Of a DNA stretch of 35,945 nucleotides, positions 11,463 through 23,703 are shown one piece after another. Numbering within the stretch: position 1 is the first letter of the stretch; the number at the start of each line of letters is the position of its first letter. A model generated the notes under the pieces. It was given only the letters and a program-made list of their open reading frames with translations. It did no database searches and was not told the origin of the DNA. Where the stretch lies: the NCBI GenBank assembly GCA_040143965.1, contig JASJQH010006937.1:1-35945 (forward strand), read 5' to 3'. Source of the stretch: Basidiobolus ranarum (Eukaryota). Made by a program: the position numbers and the translations under genes.

Positions 11463-12016
11463 GCGAAGCCTGTTGAACACAGCTCTCTTATATGGATTCC
11501 CCCATTCATCGGCCGATTTATTGAGAATAAAAACTTCTCATTGGAATTTACATACTTTTATTTACCGAAAGTGGAGCTTTAAACACTCAGAACTAGTTCA
11601 TAACTATGAGTAAAACAATCACAATAGCCTCCACACCGGTCGATTGCTTCTTGAAGTAAGTAATTTAGGCACCTAAAGCGCGAGTGAAATATTTCTCTTG
11701 ATTTGTATGTAGGGAAGTACAAGAACCAATTCACGTCGCAACATCGAGACGTGAAGCTCGTAATCAATGAATTCATTGAAATGGAACAATATGGACTAGA
11801 AGATGTGATCCTCGATTAAGCTCACAATCCACATCACATGCGGCATATGGCCGAAGTAACAGATAAAAAGTGGATTTTATTAGTGTTTAATGATCGTTAT
11901 GTCAAAATTTCAATTTTCGTTTTACACCAACTGAAGCTCATAGAAAACCTTTTTGATAGAAGCCAGATAGAAGAAAATTGGGAGAATTACAGCATTAATG
12001 GTATGATCTATTGGGA

Positions 12017-14233
12017 TTAAATGTTGTATAGTGAGTTTAATCCATGAATGCTTTTACAGACCACCATCCAAGATCCACTACTCTTAGCAAGGTGACCCTG
12101 TTCTATTAATCGCCGTTCATACATTAGTAGTTCGTAAACAAAGCGAAGATTTGGCTGTATCACAACTGTCATTCGTCTTGCCCGGGTTATCAAATAAGCT
12201 TCTGAGAAAGGCTTTTTAAGTGCTTTCATAAGGTAGGCAATAACGATACTGGCGGAGCGAGATACGCCAACTCGGCAGTGGACCAGTACGGTTTTACGGG
12301 CTGCCTGTGCTGCTTCTGATATACGTTAAGAACATTAGGTTAGTATGCTAACAAGATATGATCGCAAACGTATCTTAAGCTTTACCGATGAATTCCACGC
12401 ACTCATCCAAATACGGTATCAACGAATCAACACCGTCATCTAAAAGATTGTCCAAGTATAAGATCTCAAAGGCACGAGTCGATTGTTTGGTATCTTCACC
12501 AGCACTAAGAATATGTGTAATTCCTAATAACTTCAAGAGATCGTGGTTTGTAGCATGATTATAATCACCTAGATACAAATGTGGTAATATTCTTGAAGGG
12601 AAAGAGCCTATAACAGGAATTCGACAATCGTTGGTATTTCAACTCGGAAAATTTACTTCTAAAATTGCTAATAAAGTACCTTTAAATTTCGAATTGTAGA
12701 ACCAGCTAGAGCCTATTCCCTTGGCAGCCAGCAAGTCTGCTTGAGGCGTGATTTCGTCAAAAACATGATCAGTTGACGCGACTACTGGCTGCTGTTCTTT
12801 CTCCGCCTCCAGTGTGGCCCAAATTAAGTCCTCTACGCACATCAAAAGTTCCAAGTCCTGATGAGCTACGGAGAAGCTTCTTTTAGTTTGCAATATATAA
12901 TATGCTTGAGGAAGAGTTAATCGGTAGCAATACATCAGATATGAAAGCACCAAAATAGATATTTCTGAGTATCCGTCTCCACAATAAATTAGTATCCGTT
13001 CTCCTTGGCCTGCTTGTTTTTTGATGAATTGAACAGTACTCAGAACTTTCGTGGTCACGGATTCCATGGATTCGGCAGGATATGAAATCCCTGCTCCAAC
13101 TCTAATATGAACCGTTGGCCCCGATAAACTCTTACTTTCCGGGGGAGGAGTCTTGTCGAGTTTCTCGGCCAGCGCTTCAAGGTCAGAGGCCTTTGGATAT
13201 TCAGTGAATTCGGCGGCTTCGATACATATCGAAATGTTATTGGGATTGCTACCAACTGGATTGTATATTTCAGGAACAGGGTACGTATCATCAGATTTAC
13301 CAAATGGTGTATCTTTAATGTTTCCCACCTTTTGTTACGTAAGTTTTAGTCTAAGTTCGTAAAAGTGGCTGTAAAAATTTAAAACCATACCCAAACATTA
13401 GGGGAAATTTCACTTGCTTCAGTGAAAATTTTACACTCTTCCCGCTCCTTCGACCAGTAGTTAATGTAATTTTTGACACATCCCTGTGCATCAATAGTTA
13501 TAAGATTTGGCAGTAAAGCTTCTATCTTTGAAAAAGGGTCTACAAAATAAATACACAGTAAATAAGCTCAGTCATACGATAAAAACGTTAGAATGCTGGA
13601 TATTTGTAACATACCTGTGATTACATAAGTGTTATATGTGAGGCCATTATATCCTTTACTGAGTTTTCTCGTTTCAGCTATGTTTGCTTGAGCAAGGGCA
13701 ACCTTTTTGGCCATCTCTATAGCCGAATCTCCACCTTCGGGGCTATAAACTACAATATCTGAAAGCGAAGCATATCGAGAAATTTGACTGGCAAAATTTC
13801 TCAGATTTAGAGTTCCGTCGTTGGTTACTAGACTCTGTGGGGGGAGAAAGGTCCAATCTGGGAGCTGATTAGGTGAGACAGGAGTTGAAGTTATAATCTC
13901 CTCGAAGAAGACTGAACCTGAGAGTCGGCATTTAGTAGCATCTTTGGAGCTATGAAGTAAGACGAGTCCTCGGTAATGTGGAAGATCCGGTTGACTTAAT
14001 TTAAACAGTTTTCCCTTTTCGTAATCATTCAAGTCAATAGAATGTAGCCAAGGAAAAAGTGTATGAACAGGAGGAGTTTGAGAATTGTAGGAATCATAAA
14101 AAGTTACAAAGTCTTCAGCGCTGATCTTTCGTACTGGCGGCTCCTCACACAGTAAAGGATACTGTTTTGGATCTGGAGAAAAAATTGAGTCATTCTGTAA
14201 GCTATGAGCTTGCAATTCGGAAGTAGTAACCAT
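12017..14233 (-). CDS. PPS1: Dual-specificity protein phosphatase, Pps1-like (5 exons, 645 aa)
   Basis: Exons 14233-13615, 13539-13391, 13328-12680, 12607-12386 and 12315-12017. Pps1-type motifs LFPWLH, NLRNF, ASEISPNVWVGN and GSFPSRILPHLYLG; catalytic VHCRVGVSRSA. Confidence 0.88.
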
Positions 14234-14771
14234 GAGTTAATAGACGTGAATGTGTACTTGGATTAGCTGCTTTAGCTACTTCAAATATCGTACAGTTTTT
14301 AAAGTCCCAAGGAAAGAATTAAATTAAAAGAACAAGCGGTTTACTAAAAGAGCTAAGTTTGTTTACTAAAGAAGATCGAGGAGCGAAGTCTACAAGAAAA
14401 ACTTCTAATTTTAGTCAAGCTCATAATACTTGCGCTATTGGCTCCTCCATATTGGATCGAAGCAATATGGATATGAATTTTTGTTGATTACAACTCGGTT
14501 TGATTCGCTAGCCAATCAACGTTGCATATACTTGGGTTATTAACTATAATATTCCGAAAATGATTTGTTCCCTGTTTACAGCCAGTACAGTCGCTATACA
14601 GAACAGTCGGTTCATCCATGGGATCCGATTAACAGTAATGAGCTAGTATGATGAATGTATGAAGATATTTTATTCGAGAACATAATGCTGGATGATATGA
14701 CCAATTATGAGGTTGTCAGAGTTTGTGGAGAAATTAGACAAATGCATGTGAATAGCCAAGATCCAAATAAT

Positions 14772-16031
14772 TTACAATCTGCTGCTTAAGCGCTCAGTAA
14801 TCTTTAAAATATCGGAAAAGATTCCGAAAGCTGTGACAGCAGCACCAGCACCAGCTCCCTGGACAATAAGAGGATTTGGGAATCTTTCGGTGGTGAAGGC
14901 AATGATGTTATCACTACCCTTTAATGAAGCAAATGGATGGGAGGCGGGGTATCTTAACGTAAAGAATTTGCATTAGTTGAAGTATACTACTACGCATACA
15001 CTTTTCGCTCTTACCTCATCAACTTAACAGAGCTTTCTCCATTAGGATCGACCACTCCAACATATCTAAGAACTTCATCGTTGGCCAAAGCGGACTCATT
15101 CAACTTAGCAAAGTGGGAATCGAATTGTGGAAGTTTTTGCATAAATTCCTCAGCAGTAGCTACTGAACGAAGTTCTTCTGGAACGATGTTTTCCACGGAC
15201 AAAGTTTCCAAGGAAACATCAAGTCCAGCTACACGGCCCAGAATGGCGACCTATATAAAGTGGTTAAAAAATATTAACGATTAACGCTACGAATATCTCT
15301 AACCTTGCGGGCAACATCCATGCCGTTGAGGTCATCACGTGGGTCAGGTTCCTAAATTGCCAAAGTAAGTATCAATATGAGTCGATTTACAGTTAAACAT
15401 CAAGTGAACGTACAGTAAACCCGTTGTCTTTGGCAACTTGAACAATTTTGGAAAAGTCTAGTCGAGGGACGGAGGTATCCAAAGTGGAGTAATTGTTGAA
15501 TAAGTATGAAAGAGTTCCAGAGAAGATTCCTTCAATTTTAACAATACGATCACCAGTCTTGACTAGATCGTTAAGAGTGCTCAGGACAGGAAGACCAGCA
15601 CCAACAGTGGCTTCGTGGTATACGAAGGGGCCCTTAGATCCTGAAGTAAGGGACAAAATTTTCTTATACAAGGAAAGGTCACCTGAGAAGCCCTTTTTGT
15701 TGGGAGTAACTACGCTTATTCCCTTTTCGAGCCAGAGAGGGTATTGCTCGGCAATGAAATCGCTGGAAGTACAATCAATAATGATCGAGTGGTTAGGTCC
15801 GGCGGCAAGATGGTCGGCAAATTTGGCTAAATCAGCAGGAAGTCCCTTAGCCAAAGAATCCTTCCAAGCAGCTAGGTCCAAATTCTGTGAATTAGGATTC
15901 AAAAGCATACGAGTGGAATTGATAATGGCAGTAACAGCAAGGCTGTTAGGCTTGCTGGAAATGTAGTTCTTTAATTGAACGATAAGCTCACCACCAACAA
16001 GGCCAGGACCAACAATACCGATGTTAAACAT
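14772..16031 (-). CDS. HOM6: Homoserine dehydrogenase (4 exons, 360 aa)
   Basis: Exons 16031-15414, 15351-15304, 15250-15015 and 14952-14772. Motifs: GPGLVG, TPNKK, EATVGAGLP, GIFSGTLSY, TEPDPRDDLNGMDVARK, GAGAGAAVTA. Confidence 0.96.
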
Positions 16032-16477
16032 TGTGAAGACAAAATTTGGAAGTTCGACTAGACTATCAGAGGAGTATATATAATGAAGACGGTGATGGCT
16101 TGTTACGAAAAATGAGTCATCGGATTTGCTGGCATTCAGTAGATTGCACTATTATCAAGTGTGTGATCTTGCTTCGAGATCTCTTCATCTACAGTCAATT
16201 CGATTGGTAGCTAGTTTTATCAGATACTCATCAGAATACGGAAACGATCTGCTACTTCTGACTCTATTCATCCTGCAATGCAGTTTCTACTTCATGGGAC
16301 AAAGATCATTAATCTAGCTGTTTCTGCTCTTACTCGATTGAGGGTATGGATTTCATTTTATTAACGAAGATCATTAAGATGTCCTTTGAATGCTCATGAA
16401 CTACATAGCAATGGAAACACTTCCTCGAAGGGGAGAAAATGTAAAGTCACATCTCATTCGATGAATAATTCATGTCC

Positions 16478-17962
16478 TTATATGTGAAGCGAACCGGTCT
16501 CCGCCTTTTCTGAATATACGCGCAAACGATCTTTGAGGTCATCTATGTCTATGTAGGTTCCCTTGAAGTGACGAGACCCGGAGGTAGGATCGAACGAGGT
16601 TCTACCGTGTAAAACCCTGCGATTAGCGAAGAGAACCAGATCCCCTTGGTTGAGACGAGTTTGATAGAGAAGTGACGGATCGGCAATAATGGCAGAGAAC
16701 CGCTGGAATGCTTTATAAAAAGTAGGCATCATTTCTTGGGGTATTTCTAGTGGTCCTTGGAAAGGTGGTGCGTAATTGACTATTAAGTGATCGTTCAAAC
16801 TATTGTCCACAATAGTGGGCCGTTTGAAATGCATATGACGGCCATCGTTAATATAGTGAAATGTGACTGGTACTTGGGTCAGGACCTTGTAATCCTCAGG
16901 ATATTGCTCTTTCAGTATCTCAACAGCTTTGAATGAATCGAGGAAAATACTATCGCCTCCGGTTGCCTCATTGCGAAGGGAATGAAGTAACTGCACACCG
17001 GGAGGTGATTCAAAATAGCTAGCGCATTGGAAAAGGCAACATGTTAATTTGGATACTAGAGAAAGATTGGCAAATATTGGATAAATCTCACAGTAGGTCC
17101 ATGTGCAATCCTAAGAAAAGTGAGGTATATGCAATATTCTTAGCTTGTGGGACACTCTTGACGTCCCAAGATTTTCCATAGAAGGTCTCCTTGATAGACC
17201 CAATTCTATTAGCAACCTTAATAACTTCATCGTCACTAGTTGGAACACCTGAAAGAAAGCAAAGACCAAAATCATTTAATTGTCTTAAGCACTTCAAAAG
17301 TCCAGTCTCAGTATTCATGTATTCTTCATATGGAATTCGGAGATTGTCCTTTCCTAACGTTTCAGGCTCCCAAGCCACTGGTAACATATGATTGTATCTA
17401 TAACGCTTTTGATTCTCTTCGGAGCTATAGGTTTGAAGCCACTTCAAGGGGTAAGTGGATATATGTGGTTGGGGGGCGTCGGGAGTAGAATGGTTCAAAA
17501 GTTCTTTTGACCAAGCGATAGTTACTTGTTCGCTTTCTATTGTTACCGAAGTAGGTTGAACATCCATAGGTACATCACAAGAGGAATGAAGTTTCTGGCG
17601 GCTGTCGGGATGAATGCACTGTGGACAAGGACAATTATCGCGAAGCCATAAATATGAAAAGCGACTCTCCCCTTGAGGCCACTTGACTAAAAGGTTTTGG
17701 TCTTCGTTTTCGGTGGTGAGATTATCGACGGAGACGTTAAGAGTTTGATTCGTCACAGCACTAGTAGACTGAAAACGATAAGTAGTTGTAGCGGCAGCCT
17801 ATATCAAATAGTACTTTAGTTACAATCAAATTGCCGCAAGCTAAGGGACTAAATACCAACCTGTCTCAACCGATATGAAGGAGAGGCTAGTGTCCGACAG
17901 GAAAGCACTTTGTTAAAGCTAAGTTTACCAGGTACTAGAGAGAAGAACTTTTGAAAGACCAT
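16478..17962 (-). CDS. Gamma-butyrobetaine dioxygenase-family Fe(II)/2-oxoglutarate dioxygenase, probably mitochondrial (3 exons, 449 aa)
   Basis: Exons 17962-17861, 17798-17092 and 17018-16478. Zinc motif WLRDNCPCPQCIH, iron ligands HMD and NRRVLHGR, and an Arg/Ser-rich acid-free N-terminus. Confidence 0.9.
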
Positions 17963-18925
17963 GATGCATTCGTCTAGCACATGTTAATGTATAGCCAACT
18001 TATATATCCATTGAAATTTGAATGGCCATTTCCAATTCGATCCGAGACATTACCATTAATTTACTCACGCCGGAAAAATTACACTAATTACATGGATGCA
18101 CACAAAACATACTGTACCATCAGCTAGATGAATTTGATTATCTGAATGCACCTATTCTGTAGAACTAGATGAAATGTGATTTTGCGAACTTGTGCAATCT
18201 CAAACCGTCATAATTGTGGATTGCCGAAATCTGGAAAAATAGATTGCATCTGACTCCTCACTCGGATAAGTCCGTATTGTCTGCACTGACGCGACTGAAC
18301 ACTTGTGGTTGCCTAATTAAGCAGCAGAGTCTAGGAACATCTGCTACGTTTCGCAACATTAGTCTAGATAGACAAGATATCATGGGCTCAATACGCTCTC
18401 TTCAGCGGCAGTGTATGCTCAAATTTACAGCACGTATCGCACGTGATTTTCAAGTGTTGAAATGAAATCCTGGATGCTTTTGACCTACTAAATTGATTGT
18501 GTACTTGCGCCAAAGTGAATGATGAAGCTCATAACATTATCCAATCGACCGCAGCTAATTGCAGCAACTAGTATGGACTTGTTTACTGGAACTGTAGCTA
18601 TGATCAAAGGTGCATGCCAATGTCATCATGTTTGCCAGATAAACGATTTTGCTAATACAGCGTCAAGACTTCAAATCCGAATATAATAACTCTGAGTCAA
18701 GCCCTGATGATCTTCGAATAGGTCCTGCTCGTGCTGAGTCGAAATATAGTAAGCATGTCACGTATTATTGGTTGATTAACACAAACATAATACCCCGGAG
18801 TCACGTGTATTCCACAGATGGCCGAGAATTATAGAAGTCGGTCACAGGAGGTCGAAATATCGTCCAATTTCTTGGCTTCATCGAATGGTAGGGGAAAAGG
18901 AAATAGTTGAATTTAACGGAAGCTT

Positions 18926-20541
18926 ATGTTTACACTATCCCATCAAATCAGGCTCTAAATTAAGTCGAGATGATTCATCAACAAAAAGATCTTAAAGCAG
19001 CTCGCAAAGCAGGTACTGCCCCCGCAGAAAGGGATGAAGAAGGAAATGAAATCAATCCTCATATCTTACAGACAGTATATCGCAAAAGCACCCTGTAAGC
19101 TATTTTGGTAACTCATTTTATCTGTCAATGTTTGGATAACATTTTAGTTCAGAGTATCTTGGTACCAGTGCATCAACCCTGAAGCATAGGCATACTTTAA
19201 GAAATACTGTCCAATCCAACAATGCACAGTGTGCTAAAGGGCAGAAAGTTGCAAATGCTGCAGCTCAATATCGTAAAGGTGCTTGTGAAAATGGTGATGC
19301 TATAACTCATAAAATGCACAAATGTGTACAGCGTCCGCGTAAATTAGGAGCCAAATGGCCTGAAAAAGACATCAGACATATATATAGAATATCTAATGAA
19401 AATTCAATTTGATGATACTAATCAATAGCCTGACGAATCCATTCAAACCTTGGAGTTTAGCTTTGACGGAAAGCTCGATTGTTGGAATGGATATGACCCT
19501 AGAGAACATGATGAATTCTACAAAGGTTTGAAGGGCAGGATCCTAGCTGGTCCTAAAACATGTTGTGCTTATGTTTTCATTCGTTATTGGGAATTTTCAG
19601 AATGGGAAACAATTGAAGAGTGCAAAAAATAGAAGGCTCAGGAACTAGACAAAGCCGTGGTAGAAGGCCAAGCATTGGCTGTCAAACTCCAGAAGTTGGT
19701 GAATAAAAATAGGGAATTTTTTAGCGACGATAGATGAAGAGAAATATGCTGGAAAATCCGACATGCCTGGGCAAAAAGTAGATACAAAGTCCAGAACTAC
19801 AGTTCGTAATAATGTTGATTTAAATATTTGCTCCATATTTAGTATGATATCTAGTATTCGTGAGGACACCGCGAAGTACTTGCGGAACTTGGATCCTAGC
19901 TCAGCTTAATATGATCCTATAACCCGTTCAATGCGTGATAATCCTACAAAAGATATTGCACCGGATCATGTGTGTCATTGCTCATCTTTCCATCTCTCTA
20001 CTTTAATATTTACTCCATATAATCTCAGCTTCTTTATGCTGATGATCATTTTGTCCGCTACTCCGAGGATGCAACTCACATGGCAAAGATTCAACTTTTC
20101 TTCTGGTAAGCTAGTGAGCAAGGAAACGAATGTGTTCATTTGCAAGCGAACCAACCCAAGGTTAATTACTTCACGAAGAATACCTAGAGCGAAAAGGCCA
20201 GTTGAAGGACACTACGCGAGATTCTATTCTGGAAACATATGGCAGTGTTAAGCATCTCAAGGTTCCGCCTAAAGGACTACTAGCACAAACCGAAAATTAC
20301 GTAGAGTATTCTCGGATCTGAAGAGTCATTAAAGTCTGGGGAGAGCTACTACCAAATCAAAGCACGGTAAGTACTAAGTTGTTTGATCTATTTGCCTTCA
20401 TTTCATCTCTAATCCTCCATTTTTCTTGAAGTGTATGCCAACAATCATTCCTCGGTTTGGGGTTCTTGCTGAGAGGATGGTAAATGGGGATATAAACGTT
20501 GTCACTCATTCGTCAAAAACTTCTACTGTATCAAACTCTAA
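18926..20541 (+). pseudogene. SLU7: Unprocessed pseudogene of pre-mRNA splicing factor Slu7
   Basis: Collinear Slu7 motifs [74 protein letters not shown] and NNHSSVWGS..DGKWGY are broken by frameshifts and several stops. Introns are retained. Confidence 0.92.
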
Positions 20542-20653
20542 ATTCAGCCATTCGCTTCATCCTATTGCTCGGTAGATTTGTACGAATTTACATACTTTTT
20601 CCATTCGCTGTTAGATTGAATAAATGATTAAAGCTTTAACCCCTCTAGTCCTA

Positions 20654-21870
20654 TCAGTTATATCTACAAAGCACATCTATAAAATCTTTCTCTAGGAAGG
20701 ATATGTCATATCGTGTTGAGCATGTATTTGCTGTGCCTAAAGGGTAATATTTCTGCAGATTGATGACTTGTTCAGAATGTGTGGAGATGGATAAGTTGTT
20801 TAGCAGCGGTCTTTTATAGTTCTACGGGCAGCATACCCAAACACAGTCTGGCTATTTCAGCGCTTTCACACCCCGGCTTGCGAGAAAGATGTTGGTAGTT
20901 AGTGACATCATATGAGCAATAATCTCTCGAAGGTCTGACACTCGACTTTGATAGAGATCACAATGCATCTGCTCATCCCTCTACACATCCCACATTTGAT
21001 GAAATCCATGGTGATCAACAACTGTGGTTTTAGCAAGTGCTTTATCCACCGATAAACTGTTAAATGCTACATCTAAATCCAGATCGCTTAACTATACTTG
21101 AATTACGTAGAATTTAACAGACGGCGTATTGTTGTAATGGTATCATCCCTTATACTCCATCCCCAGTTAACAAACTAATGCAGTGCGAACCAAATAATGT
21201 GGGGTTCCAGCAGTGATTAGTGCCACAGAGTGGAAAATACCTTGATCGATCTGCTTGCATAACTCCAGTCTTGAGGTTGAAGCATGATGATACCTTCGTT
21301 AGTCAGCTGTGATACTTCCCTATCTTCCATCTACTTGCGCTAGAAGAAAATAAAAGAAATTCGACGCAAATAAGGTTTGTTGCATTTGATGTGCAAGCGA
21401 GTTGACTATACTGTTCGAAGGGTGGCACTGCGATATCAAACCAGTAAGGACAATCAACCTTCGACTGTAATATGGCGTACCGATTTTGCTACGAGACCTT
21501 ATAGGGGTATTGCTTGCTGTACCACAGGTTACATGAACAGCTTCTCTTCATACAATATCTCAGTAAATAGCAATTACCGAAACATAGCCTGGCTAGATCG
21601 ACTGCATAGTATATATATTTGACTTACCGTGTTTTCGATGGATCTCCCATGGAATACCAAATGGAAACCTTCTTTTCACGAGCACTTCCAAGCAATGCAG
21701 CATCCACTTGGGATGCAGACGATGTTATTCTGAGAATAGCATCCTAATCGGTTTGGCATTTTTGTGGGCTTTGGTATTATCAATAGTTGTGCTGCTTTGA
21801 GACCATTCAAGTAGCATGATATTCAAACTCAGATTCAATGTCAATCTCGGAAACCGCGATGAAGTTTTTC
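20654..21870 (-). pseudogene. Probable decayed gene of unknown family
   Basis: A minus-strand frame from about 21090 to 20654 runs about 145 codons with only three internal stops, all TAG. Further protein-like segments and a GTAAGT donor (about 21627) lie upstream. I recognise no family. Confidence 0.4.
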
Positions 21871-22340
21871 AACTACCAAGCATGATGAATCAAACAATCC
21901 CCTAACTAGCACGATGATTTGACAGATCGCATTGCCTTACATAATCTACGATGCAAGATCAAATTCAAATTACAAATGCTTAGTACGGTTTATAGTAATT
22001 GGAGTTGGTACGGAGGTTTTGATCATAACAGAAAGGCAACTCGGAAACATATCTGAAGCTCTAGCTCAAATCGATAATAATTGTTCACCTACAACCCCTA
22101 TATTCTAAATTAACAAAGCTTGTGGGGACTTTCATGGCAAACTTACACATACCAAACAATACGTTTCAAACGGGATCCAAAACCGCTCTTCGGCTTATAA
22201 AGTATGACTATCCTTAAACCTCAATCTGTTGAGAGAAAACCTCTAGACTCTACTCCTTCCCCTTAAACTAACCCCTTCTTCCCTATATTGCTTCAAATTT
22301 AACTTGCTCTTTAAAATTTAAATCGTAAAAACCGTAATCA

Positions 22341-22481
22341 ATGCGTCGAGCTCAAGTACTATTAATGTGTGCTGCTCTAATAGCGCCCTTGGGACAAGCA
22401 CATATGCAAATGAAAAAGCCACTATCACGTCGATCAAAATTCAATCCGTCTAATGCACCTGATCAAGTCGACTACTCCTTG
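22341..22481 (+). pseudogene. 5' fragment of a secreted AA11-type lytic polysaccharide monooxygenase, truncated after 47 codons
   Basis: Signal peptide MRRAQVLLMCAALIAPLGQA is followed by His1 and HMQMKKPLSRRSKFNP..VDYSL, the usual AA11 N-terminus. The sequence then switches to antisense retrotransposon gag. A TATA-like TTATAAA lies near 22195. Confidence 0.7.
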
Positions 22482-23369
22482 CCAAAGTCCATTTTCTTGC
22501 AGCATCATTTTCATTTTAATTTTCAAAATTTGATAATTGGTTCCATCCACTATTTCAGAAGAGGCAAAAGTTGCATAAATTTGAGAAGTAGACATTACAG
22601 ATAGTGCAAGTTTGGGGCTCATAACCTGTTAAAGTATTTAGGGGCCTGTTGGAAGTGGTTTGGAGAATTAGAGATATTGGTGGTTTTCAGTTATAGATTT
22701 ATTGAGTAGAAAGTTAACATTTATAGTTTTGTCATGATGTAAATAAACTAACATGTATAATATGTTAACAAAGGTCCCATAAACATGTGTGCAAAGCTTG
22801 GGGCTTCTAGCACTAGCTTGTAAAATCTATATATCTGAGAACTTCCAAGTTGGTGCAATATTCAAAGTAAATTTCAATTGAGAATGATGGGTAATATCTT
22901 AGTTCAATATAGGATAGCTACATTCTAAGCTATATTTGACTATATAGATATTTATGCAATGCTTATTTCCACAATTTCAGCAGTAATCAGGTGAAGAATG
23001 AACACTTTGTGTATAAGCTCAATGATTTATTGAGTAGAAAGTTGACATTTTTAGTTTTGTCAAGATGTAAACAAAATAACATGTAGATTGTGTCAGGAAA
23101 GGTCCCAGGAGCATGTGTGTAAAGTTTAGGGTTTCTAGCACAAGTCTGAAGAATATATATATCTGAGAACTTCAAAGTTGGTGTCAATATTCTAACTAAA
23201 TTCTGATTGAGAATAATGGGTGATATCTTTGTGGAATATAGGATAACTAAATACTAAGCTATATATGACTATATTGATATTTAGGCAGTGCTAATTTCAA
23301 CAATTTCAGCAGTAATCAGGTGAAGAATGAACACTTCGTGTGTAAGCTCTATATATACAATTTACGACA
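22470..23369 (-). mobile_element. Truncated Ty1/copia LTR retrotransposon: putative 5' LTR (23369-22627), PBS (22626-22615) and start of gag
   Basis: On the minus strand ...CTTTAACA is directly followed by GGTTATGAGCCC, the copia/Ty5-type PBS. The ORF reads DGTNYQILKIKMKMMLQENGLW, matching the copia gag N-terminal pattern (NY..WK.KM...L...LW). The candidate LTR start TGTCGTAAA at 23369 is less certain. Confidence 0.8.
22696..23352. repeat. Two head-to-tail copies of a 328/329-bp unit (22696-23023, 23024-23352)
   Basis: Both copies begin GATTTATTGAGTAGAAAGTT and contain ACAATTTCAGCAGTAATCAGGTGAAGAATGAACACTT. Manual alignment gives about 48 differences including one indel (about 85% identity). 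Confidence 0.95.
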
Positions 23370-23703
23370 AGTAGTGTTACTTGACTCACTATGATAGATG
23401 CTTTGAATTCAAAAATACTCAATCTCCTTATCAATTTCACAAACAAAAACCACTCATTCAACGATTATTGGTCTTAATAGAAGATTTCACTTTTCATTTT
23501 AAATATATTACCAATTGTAAACATCCTTGAGCACCATTTACTTGGAATGTTCAACAAAGAAACTCAAAACCTAACCTCCTCACTCTTGATTCATTTATGA
23601 TCCATATTACATTTGCCAACAAGTCATTATGAACTTAAGGTATTAGCGAAGTCAGAGTAAAGGTTTATTTATTCACATCATTTAATGGTCGCAGACTACC
23701 CGA

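Noticed and set aside
18519..18700. ATGATGA (C box-like) with a downstream CTGA, a possible C/D snoRNA
   Set aside because: The spacing is long, and I see no terminal stem or recognisable rRNA guide.
22696..23352. Repeat considered as a CRISPR array or coding repeat
   Set aside because: It has only two long units, no spacers, a eukaryotic context and no ORF shared by both units.
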